DNA from: Planctomycetota bacterium
GTDB taxonomy: Bacteria; Planctomycetota; JAJSAM01; JAJVHW01
NCBI GenBank assembly: GCA_965248445.1
Contig: CBDFJG010000004.1
Span: 1,760,001-1,824,000 of the forward strand
Reading direction: 5' to 3'
Length of the DNA: 64,000 nt
Shown: piece after piece, positions 56,671-64,000 of the stretch
Layout of the letters: every line of letters starts with the position of its first letter
How positions within the stretch are numbered: the stretch's first letter is position 1
Notes under the pieces: generated by a model
The model's database searches: none
What the model saw: the letters and a program-made list of their open reading frames with translations, nothing else
Told to the model about the DNA's origin: nothing
Made by a program: the position numbers and the translations under genes

Positions 56671-57251
56671 CCGATCGCCCTGCCGGCGGTGCGAAGAAGG
56701 AGCGCGACGTCGCCCGCCGCGCTCCGCTGCTCAAGGTACTCTGCATCAAGCGCCAGCTTCTCGGGAAGCACGTATCGCCGATACGACGACACGGGGTCCG
56801 AACCGGCGATCAACGCGCCCTCGGTTCGCGAGAAGCGCAACTGCGCGGGTCCGGTGACGCCCGGTCGCGCCGACAGCACAAACTGCCAGCGGGGATCGCC
56901 GGCATCCACGAGTTCCGGATCCTCCGGACGCGGCCCGACGAGGCTCATCTCGCCGCGCAACACGTTGAGCAACTGCGGCCACTCGTCGACGTGCAGAGCG
57001 CGCAGGACGCGTCCGACCCGCGTCACGCGGGCATCATCGGGGACGGTCAGCGGGGGCCCGTCGGCTCCGCTGATCATCGTGCGCAGCTTGAACAGAGTGA
57101 ACGGACGAGCGTGGCGTCCGACGCGGCGGGTGCGGTGCAGGACCGAGCCGCGCGACTCAAGACGGATCGCGAGCGCGGCGATCAGGCCGAACGGCGCGAG
57201 CACGACAATCAGGAACAGGGCCAGGCCGACGTCAAGGGCGCGCTTCGTCAT
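56664..57251 (-). CDS. Bacterial sugar (phosphoglycosyl) transferase
   Basis: KRALDV, KLRTM, DEWPQLLNVLRGEMSLVGPRPE, PGVTG. Confidence 0.9.
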   Translation of the reverse strand: MTKRALDVGLALFLIVVLAPFGLIAALAIRLESRGSVLHRTRRVGRHARPFTLFKLRTMISGADGPPLTVPDDARVTRVGRVLRALHVDEWPQLLNVLRGEMSLVGPRPEDPELVDAGDPRWQFVLSARPGVTGPAQLRFSRTEGALIAGSDPVSSYRRYVLPEKLALDAEYLEQRSAAGDVALLLRTAGRAIGW

Positions 57252-58495
57252 CTGCGATGGCGCCGGAGGACGTCGGAGAGCGCCGCGATCACGTACTCGA
57301 CGTCCGCATCGTCCAGAGAGGGATGGATGGGCAGCGACAGCAGCCGGCGCGCGGCGTCGTGGGCGATGGGGAACGCCCTTGGCGCATGTCCGTATCGCCG
57401 GGCGTAGTGTTCGTGCTCGTGGAGGGGAACGAAGTGCACGCTCGTCTGCACGCCGTGCGACGCCAGTTCGTGCGCCACCCCATCGCGGTCGATCCCCAGC
57501 GCGGCGGTGACGAGGCGAACCGGGAACAGGTGCCATGCGGAGGAGCACCCCGCGCGCTCGACCGGCAGCTGCAGCGTGTCCAGATCCGAGAACGCCGCGA
57601 GGTACCGCGCCGCAATGGCCCGTCGGCGTGCGTGGAATGCCGGCAGTCTCGCCAGTTGCACGCGACCGATGGCCGCAGCGATGTCGGGCATGTTGAGCTT
57701 CAATCCCGGCGCGCGCACTTCGTAGCGCCAGGACCCCGGTCCCTCGCCACGATGCCAGGGGCCGTTCGAGAGACCGTGGTGTGTGTACGCGCGGGCGCGA
57801 GCGATGACGCTCTCCGGTCCGGTGAGCATGCCTCCTTCACCGGTGGTGAGGTTCTTGTTGGCGTAGAAGGAGAAGCTCGCGAGCGACCCCCCGCGCGTCC
57901 CACTGCGCGTCCCACCGATACGGCGGCCGTGGCTCTCCGCAGGCAGTGCGTGAGCCGCGTCCTCGAGCGCCAGCAGGCCGTGTTCGGCCGCCAGAGCGTC
58001 GAGGGCGTCCACGTCGGCCGGGTGGCCGGCGTAGTGAACCGGCATGAGTGCCCGCGGGGTCACGCCTTCTGCGCGCAGCCGTGCAACGGCCCGCTCGACG
58101 GCCGCGGGATCGAGGGTCAGGGTCACCGGATCGACGTCCACGAGCACGGTGCGGGCTCCGAGCACCTCCACCACGTTCGCGGTCGCGGCGAACGTGAGTG
58201 TCGGGACGAGCACGGCGTCCCCGGGACCGACACCCGAGACCGCGAGCGCCGCGAGCAGCCCGCTCGTGCAGGACGAGAGGGCCAGCGCGCTCTCCGCGCC
58301 CACGAACTCCGCGAACTCCCGCTCGAACTCCGCGGCCACCGGTCCTGTTGTCACCCAGCCCGAGCGGAGAACATCGAGCACGGCCTGCTCCTCCTCCGGA
58401 CCGAGGCACGGAGGCGCGAACGGCACGTCTCGGACGGAAGAGCCAGGCCGGACCGTGGAGCCTGGGCGGAAAGAGGCGTTCGCGCGAGGGTTCAC
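57248..58495 (-). CDS. DegT/DnrJ/EryC1/StrS nucleotide-sugar aminotransferase
   Basis: PVHYAG, EDAAHA, SFYANKNLTTGEGG; GTGA overlap with the upstream gene. Confidence 0.92.
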   Translation of the reverse strand: MNPRANASFRPGSTVRPGSSVRDVPFAPPCLGPEEEQAVLDVLRSGWVTTGPVAAEFEREFAEFVGAESALALSSCTSGLLAALAVSGVGPGDAVLVPTLTFAATANVVEVLGARTVLVDVDPVTLTLDPAAVERAVARLRAEGVTPRALMPVHYAGHPADVDALDALAAEHGLLALEDAAHALPAESHGRRIGGTRSGTRGGSLASFSFYANKNLTTGEGGMLTGPESVIARARAYTHHGLSNGPWHRGEGPGSWRYEVRAPGLKLNMPDIAAAIGRVQLARLPAFHARRRAIAARYLAAFSDLDTLQLPVERAGCSSAWHLFPVRLVTAALGIDRDGVAHELASHGVQTSVHFVPLHEHEHYARRYGHAPRAFPIAHDAARRLLSLPIHPSLDDADVEYVIAALSDVLRRHRR

Positions 58496-59139
58496 GGTCT
58501 CGAAATCCACGCCAGATAGTGCGTTCGCGGAACGGCATGGCGGTGCAGCCACGGCAACGAGTCCGGGCGGAGGCGCGCGACAGCGCGCACGAGATACGGG
58601 ACAGGAGTGATCATGCGCGCGACCGTGTGCCAGCCCGGGAACAGGCGCACCAGGGCCGCGATAGGCAGGCCGCGGACCGACGGATTGAGAGGATGGAACG
58701 GGAAGTCGTAAACCAGCGCCCCACCACCGGGCCGCAGCACGCGCACGACCTCGGACGCCAGCGCCGACCGCGCTTCGTCGCCGAACACACTCGAGAACAC
58801 CGTCGAGAGCGAGCAGAGGTCGAACGTGTCGTCGCGAAACGGAAGGCGCCGGGCGTCTCCGACCGCGAATCCGCCGGGCCGGATTCGGCGGGCGCCTGCG
58901 GTGGCACGGGCGTGTGAGAGATCGATGCCGACACACCGCCGAGCGCCGGTGGCGGCGATCAGGCCGGCGAGTGAGTCTCCGTGACCGCAGCCGACGTCCA
59001 GGACCGGCCGGTTCGCGAGGTCGGTCATCCCCTGTCCGCGGAGCAACGCGCGAATGGCGCGAGTGCGGTCGTCCAAGATCGACCGATCCGCCAAGCCGAT
59101 ACGTCGGCCGGTCGGCGGAGCACGGAGAGGCATGGTCAC
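58492..59139 (-). CDS. Class I SAM-dependent methyltransferase
   Basis: VLDVGCGHG, GDARRLPFRDDTFD, RVLRPGG. Confidence 0.85.
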   Translation of the reverse strand: MTMPLRAPPTGRRIGLADRSILDDRTRAIRALLRGQGMTDLANRPVLDVGCGHGDSLAGLIAATGARRCVGIDLSHARATAGARRIRPGGFAVGDARRLPFRDDTFDLCSLSTVFSSVFGDEARSALASEVVRVLRPGGGALVYDFPFHPLNPSVRGLPIAALVRLFPGWHTVARMITPVPYLVRAVARLRPDSLPWLHRHAVPRTHYLAWISRP

Positions 59140-60194
59140 GCGGTCCGAGCAACCAGGCCGCGCAGGAACCCGACCCCGTACGCGAGGTGCATCGTCATGA
59201 ACGCCGCCGCGGTCGTGCCGAGACGTGCGGCCGGACGGCGGCGCGCTGCCAAGCCACCCGCCACGAGCGCCGCGCCCGCGTAGACGCACGGGACCACGAG
59301 CGGCCACGGCGACCCGAGGAACCAACTGAGCGAGACCGAGACGACGAGCGCGACCACGAGGCCCGGCGGTGCGAGTGCGCGGAAGGACGTGAGGGCGCCC
59401 CGAGTGCGCAGCACGCGCGCTTTCCAGAGTCCGTAACCGTGGTATTGCCGGCGCAGCCCGGCGAGCGTCGATCGGCAGACGTATCGGACCAGGAGATCCG
59501 GAACGAGCACGATGCGATGTCCCGCAGCACGAAGACGATGGTTGAGTTCGTCGTCCTGGTTGCGCTCCAGTTCACAGTCGATTCCTCCCACAGTGTGGAG
59601 TGCGTCGGCGCGGTAGGCGCCGAACGCGAGGGTGTCCACGTCCCACAACTCAGGGTCTTCAGCACCGCTTTCGGACGTACCGCCGGTCCGGAAGCGCGCG
59701 CTGCCCGCGCCGAACGGGTGGGACATCGCAGCGGCCACCGACGCACCGGTCGCGCCGGCGCCGACCGTGTCGAGCGCCCCGCCGGCACACGCCGCTCCGG
59801 TCTGGACGAGGGCTTCGATGGCCCGGCACACGTAGTCCGGCGGCAGCGACGCCCGCCCATCCACACGGACGATGACGAGTCCTCTCGCGAGGCAGAGTCC
59901 CACCGCTAGCGCCGCGGCGGCGGTCCGGCCCGGGTTGTCCACGACCCGGACCTCGTGGCGCCACCCGGCGTGGATGCAGCCTGCGCTCCCACTTGAAGCG
60001 GCGATGCGCTCGACGATGGCACGCGTGCCGTCCGTGGACTGCCCGTCGAGCACGATGATCTCGAGAGCGGCGCCCGGAAGGTGCTGCGGTGCGTCCTGCT
60101 CAAGAACCGACCGCAGCGCCTCCCCGACGTGGGTCGCCTCGTTTCGGACGGGCATCAGCACCGTCACGACCGGAGCGGCGATCGGTGGTGTCAT
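59136..60194 (-). CDS. Glycosyltransferase family 2 (ExoA-like)
   Basis: VLMPVRNE, DGQSTDGT, RNQDDELNHRL, C-terminal TM helices. Confidence 0.9.
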   Translation of the reverse strand: MTPPIAAPVVTVLMPVRNEATHVGEALRSVLEQDAPQHLPGAALEIIVLDGQSTDGTRAIVERIAASSGSAGCIHAGWRHEVRVVDNPGRTAAAALAVGLCLARGLVIVRVDGRASLPPDYVCRAIEALVQTGAACAGGALDTVGAGATGASVAAAMSHPFGAGSARFRTGGTSESGAEDPELWDVDTLAFGAYRADALHTVGGIDCELERNQDDELNHRLRAAGHRIVLVPDLLVRYVCRSTLAGLRRQYHGYGLWKARVLRTRGALTSFRALAPPGLVVALVVSVSLSWFLGSPWPLVVPCVYAGAALVAGGLAARRRPAARLGTTAAAFMTMHLAYGVGFLRGLVARTA

Positions 60195-60304
60195 CACGTT
60201 CAACAAAGGTTACGACGGGCGGCGACACCGATTCGCAACGCCTGTCCCCGTCTCTTGTGACACTCCCGGGCTTCCCCGGCGCCGGAGAACGCGGTCCTCT
60301 CGAT

Positions 60305-60318
60305 CCCCCCCCCCCCCC
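60305..60318. repeat. C14 homopolymer
   Basis: 14 consecutive C in the divergent intergenic region, ending 13 nt before the helicase ATG. Confidence 0.85.
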
Positions 60319-60331
60319 GATCCACACCACG

Positions 60332-62395
60332 ATGGTCCGCCGACTCCTTCCCCGCCTGAACGAAGCCCAGCGAGAGGCCGTCACAACCACTGAGGGTCCC
60401 GTACTCGTGCTGGCCGGGGCCGGCACCGGCAAGACCCGGGTGGTCACGTTCCGCATCGCACACCTGCTCGAGCAGGGCATCGCGCCCGAGCACATCCTGG
60501 CGGTCACGTTCACGAACAAAGCCGCCGGCGAGATGCGTGACCGGGTTTCCGGGCTGGTGGGCGCGAAGCGTGCTCGGGCGCTGACGGTCGGGACATTCCA
60601 CGCGTTCTGCGCGCGCTCGCTTCGCAAGCACGCCCGCCTGATCGGTCTGCCGCGCGGATTCGTCATCGCCGATGCCTCTGACCAGCTCGGCGCGGTCAAG
60701 GGAGCCCTGCGCGAGCTGTGCATCCCGGAGAAGGTGATGCACCCGCGGGCGATCCATGCCCGGATCTCGCTGCTCAAGAACAGCCTGATCGGCGCGCGGG
60801 CGCACCTGGATGGAGCGGCGGACGACGAGGATGAGATCGTCGGGCGCGTGTACGTGAAGTACGAGGAGCACCTTCGCCGCTCCCGCGCCATCGACTTCGA
60901 CGACCTGCTCGTGCGGACCGTTTTCCTGCTTCGCGAGCACGACGCGGTCCTCGCCGGGTTCCGCGCGCAGTACCGCTATCTCATGGTGGATGAGTTCCAG
61001 GACACGAACGCGCCGCAGTTCGAGATCGTGCAGCGCGTGGCCGGACCACGCCGGAACCTGTGCGTCGTCGGCGACGACGACCAGTCGATCTACGGGTGGC
61101 GCGGGGCCGACGTCAGCAAGATCCTGGACTTCGGCAGGCACTTCCCGGGCGCCAAGATCGTGCGCCTCGAGATGAACTACCGCTCGACCGAGCCGATCCT
61201 CGAGGCCGCGAACCGGCTCATCTCGCACAACCCGGCACGGCACGAGAAGAAGCTGATCTCGTTCCTCGGGCGCGGCGAGCCGATCGAGACGGTCGCGTGC
61301 GACGACGAGGAGCGCGAGGCGGAAAGTGTCGTCTTCGACATCGTCGGCAAGGCCGAGCGCCGCGCCATGTCGTTCGCGCAGTTCGCCGTGCTGTTCCGAA
61401 CAGCGCCCCAGATGCGCGTGTTCGAGACCCTGCTGCGCGCGAACGACGTGCCCTACGTGCTCGTCGGCGGCATGTCGTTCTTCGACCGCAAGGAAGTGCG
61501 GGACCTGCTGGCGTTCGTCAAGCTCATGGTCAATCCTCGCGACGAGGTCGCGTTCCTGCGCGTCGTCAACGTCCCGCCTCGCGGCGTCGGGAAGACGACG
61601 ATCGACACGCTGCTCACGCGGGCGACGGAGCAGGGCACGTCGATCCCTGCCCTCCTGGACGGCGGCGCGGCACTGGAGGACCTACCGCCCGCCGGACTCG
61701 CGGCTATCCGCGAACTGCGCGCGAAGCTGAAGTCGCTCGCCGAGGCGAGACTCCCGTTGGTGGGCGTTCTGCGGCGCATGCTCGACGCCGTCGACTATGA
61801 GACGGAACTGACCCGCTGCTATCCGGACACCGAGGCGCGGCAAGCACGATCCGCTGCGATTCTCGAGTTCCTCAACATGGCGGAGAACCACACACGCCGC
61901 AACGGCAGCGGCACTCTCGGCACCTTCCTCGAGGAGATCGCGCTCTCCGCAGAGGACCGGCGGAACGACGACAAGGAACGGTCCCGGGACGCAGTCACGC
62001 TCATGACCCTCCACGCGGCGAAGGGACTCGAGTACCCGCACGTGTACCTCGTCGGCATGGAAGGGGGACTACTGCCTCACACGCGCTCGGCGGAAGAGGG
62101 AATCGAAGAGGAGCGCCGCCTCGCGTACGTGGGCGTGACCCGCGCGCAGAAGAAGCTGACTCTCTCGTACGCGAAGACACGTGCCCGATTCGGCAACCGT
62201 GTCGAGGTCTCGCCCAGCCGATTCCTGTTCGAACTCGATGGCGCCGAGCCGCCGCCGAACTGGAGACCGGTCGGCGCGCCGCGGCCGGACGCCGGCAAGA
62301 AGCCCGGGAAGAAGGGCGGGAAGGCCGGCAAGGGCCGGCGCCGCGTCCCGCCGGGGCTCCGCGACGCGCAGAGGCGCCGCCGGCAGCGTCGCTGA
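60332..62395 (+). CDS. UvrD/Rep/PcrA superfamily I DNA helicase
   Basis: AGAGTGKT, TFTNKAA, VDEFQD, VGDDDQSIY, NYRS, TLHAAKGLE, EERRLAYVGVTRA. Confidence 0.95.
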   Translation: MVRRLLPRLNEAQREAVTTTEGPVLVLAGAGTGKTRVVTFRIAHLLEQGIAPEHILAVTFTNKAAGEMRDRVSGLVGAKRARALTVGTFHAFCARSLRKHARLIGLPRGFVIADASDQLGAVKGALRELCIPEKVMHPRAIHARISLLKNSLIGARAHLDGAADDEDEIVGRVYVKYEEHLRRSRAIDFDDLLVRTVFLLREHDAVLAGFRAQYRYLMVDEFQDTNAPQFEIVQRVAGPRRNLCVVGDDDQSIYGWRGADVSKILDFGRHFPGAKIVRLEMNYRSTEPILEAANRLISHNPARHEKKLISFLGRGEPIETVACDDEEREAESVVFDIVGKAERRAMSFAQFAVLFRTAPQMRVFETLLRANDVPYVLVGGMSFFDRKEVRDLLAFVKLMVNPRDEVAFLRVVNVPPRGVGKTTIDTLLTRATEQGTSIPALLDGGAALEDLPPAGLAAIRELRAKLKSLAEARLPLVGVLRRMLDAVDYETELTRCYPDTEARQARSAAILEFLNMAENHTRRNGSGTLGTFLEEIALSAEDRRNDDKERSRDAVTLMTLHAAKGLEYPHVYLVGMEGGLLPHTRSAEEGIEEERRLAYVGVTRAQKKLTLSYAKTRARFGNRVEVSPSRFLFELDGAEPPPNWRPVGAPRPDAGKKPGKKGGKAGKGRRRVPPGLRDAQRRRRQRR

Positions 62396-62397
62396 GC

Positions 62398-62937
62398 TCA
62401 GTCCGCGACGCGCTTCAGGCGGATCGTGAGGTTCACGGGCTCGCCCCACATCTCTCCCGCCACGCCGATGACGAGTTCGTCTACGGCGGGCCGTGCATAC
62501 GTCAGCGTCCGAGGGAAGTCGTTCTCCGGATCCTCGAAAACCACCACACGTTTCTTCGCGTCGAGTGACTTCAGCTTGAACGGCTCCTTCGCCTTGCCGA
62601 AGGGGTGCGGGACGACGTAGACGGTGCCCTCGCGTTCCACGAATCGCTCGAACTCGAACATCGCCACCTTGCCGTCGCGCATCTCCTTGGACGCGCTCAG
62701 GATCTCACCGCCCGTGGGCGTCGTGTAGACCGTCTCCCAGGTCTTGCCGTCGTCCGACGTCCCGGTCCATCGACCGGCCAGGAAATCGAGCGCGGCGATC
62801 CCGCTCTCGACTCTCTCTCCCTTCTCGGCACCGTCTCCCTTCTCGGCTCTCCTCTCGAGTGGCGGCTCGTCCTGCGCCGTCGCAAGGGCGGTAAGTGCTG
62901 CAAGGGTGAGCAAGATCATCGGGAGCAGAGCGCGCAT
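62398..62937 (-). CDS. Secreted DUF6265-like protein
   Basis: AGGAGG RBS, signal peptide, LDFLAGRW, FEDPENDFPRTLTY. Confidence 0.7.
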   Translation of the reverse strand: MRALLPMILLTLAALTALATAQDEPPLERRAEKGDGAEKGERVESGIAALDFLAGRWTGTSDDGKTWETVYTTPTGGEILSASKEMRDGKVAMFEFERFVEREGTVYVVPHPFGKAKEPFKLKSLDAKKRVVVFEDPENDFPRTLTYARPAVDELVIGVAGEMWGEPVNLTIRLKRVAD

Positions 62938-63021
62938 CTCGGACCTCCTGTCAGCCGCTTGCGGCGCCCGACCACGGGAGCGTACCGTGCCGCGGATCAC
63001 GACTCACGGAGGTAGGTACGC

Positions 63022-63411
63022 ATGGCGTGGAAAGTGACCGAGACGATGATTCTGGTCTCCGATCTCGACGCGTCGATCCATCACTACGTGGACGTGCTCG
63101 GGTTCAACCTCATCGAGAAGCAGGAGTGGGGCTTCGCGATGCTCACTCCGGACGGCGCCGCGCACGTCGGCCTCCTCGACGTCAAGAGCTCGGACTCCGA
63201 CTGGAAGCCGGGAGATCCGATGCCGCCCCCCCGCGTCGCCCTTCAGACCGACGACATCGAAGCCGAGGCCTTGCGCCTGCGGGAAGCCGGGGCCGACATC
63301 GACAACGTCGTCGGTGAGCCGGGCACGCTCCGAGCCATTGGTTTCCGGGACCGCGACGGGAACCGGTTCTTCCTGTGGGACGACGGCTCCGGCTCCCTCG
63401 CCGGCGCATGA
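63022..63411 (+). CDS. VOC/glyoxalase family protein
   Basis: VSDLDASIHHYVDVLGF, FRDRDGN. Confidence 0.85.
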   Translation: MAWKVTETMILVSDLDASIHHYVDVLGFNLIEKQEWGFAMLTPDGAAHVGLLDVKSSDSDWKPGDPMPPPRVALQTDDIEAEALRLREAGADIDNVVGEPGTLRAIGFRDRDGNRFFLWDDGSGSLAGA

Positions 63412-63546
63412 CCGGGCGGCACGCGGTGCACTGGGCACACTGCGCGGGAACCCGGAATCGTCGCCAATTCATCTCCACCCCCGCTGCCCCGGCCTAGAGT
63501 TACCAGCCATTCGGGTTCTGCGCCCGCTTCCGACTCGGGAGGTCCG

Positions 63547-64000
63547 ATGGCCAACGACAAGAAGAAGAAGAAGAACGGCAACGGAGAGGACCTCAACCTC
63601 TACCACGCGTACTTGCAGCAGTTCGACCGGTCGGCGGCTGCGTTGCCGTTCTCCGACCATCTCTTGGCAAGCATCCGGGAGTGCAACAACGTCTACGAGT
63701 TCCGCTTCCCGGTACGCGTGGGCAAGAAGACCGAGGTGATCACCGGCTGGCGCGCGGAGCACAGCCATCACCGCAAGCCGCTGAAGGGCGGTATCCGGTA
63801 CGCGCTGCACGTGAGTTCTGACGAAGTGCAGGCGCTGGCGTCGCTGATGACGTTCAAGTGCGCGATCGTCAATGTGCCGTTCGGAGGCAGCAAGGGCGCC
63901 GTGCGGGTCAACCCCTACAACACGGCACCCGACGTCCTCGAGCGCATTACCCGCCGGTACACGGCCGAGTTGATCTGGAAGAACTTCATCGGTCCCGGCA
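63547..64000 (+). CDS. gdhA: Glu/Leu/Phe/Val dehydrogenase (5' part; runs off window; absent from ORF track)
   Basis: Manual translation from ATG 63547: GWRAEHSHHRKPLKGGIRY...LMTFKCAIVNVPFGGSKG...KNFIGPG. Confidence 0.9.
   Translation, partial: MANDKKKKKNGNGEDLNLYHAYLQQFDRSAAALPFSDHLLASIRECNNVYEFRFPVRVGKKTEVITGWRAEHSHHRKPLKGGIRYALHVSSDEVQALASLMTFKCAIVNVPFGGSKGAVRVNPYNTAPDVLERITRRYTAELIWKNFIGPG

Noticed and set aside
60089..60331. N-terminal extensions given by the ORF track (helicase, transposase, sufS, DegT, PrcB-like genes, DUF455 and others)
   Set aside because: Low-complexity sequence upstream of better starts supported by an RBS, stop/start overlaps or family N-termini.

Overview
A GC-rich, gene-dense bacterial chromosomal window. 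It is Gram-negative (LpxL-type acyltransferase), and the extended ECF sigma factor and multiheme/TPR proteins suggest Planctomycetota (inference). Housekeeping content: a complete suf Fe-S operon with an Rrf2 regulator at its end, an Fpg/Nei glycosylase, msrB, ppk1/ppx, a UvrD/PcrA helicase, a glycan-modification cluster and the 5' part of a glutamate dehydrogenase. The main signals missed by the ORF track are five. (1) Two exported proteins whose in-frame UGA falls on a conserved Cys position and is followed by a SECIS-like hairpin: a DUF1223 thioredoxin-like/transglutaminase-like fusion (21396-23642) and an HMA-domain lipoprotein (52983-53384). Both are probable selenoproteins. (2) An 8,936-bp IS1380-bounded unit (29365-38300) with 17-bp terminal inverted repeats and CTAG on both flanks; it holds two transposase copies, two orphan genes, an octaheme cytochrome and a decayed tRNA. 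(3) A stand-alone diiron enzyme + fatty acyl-AMP ligase + ACP cassette. (4) A recurrent -10-like hexamer 6-7 nt before start codons, suggesting widespread leaderless mRNAs. (5) Several unusual fusions and paralog arrays. All calls come from reading motifs by eye; no database searches were run.
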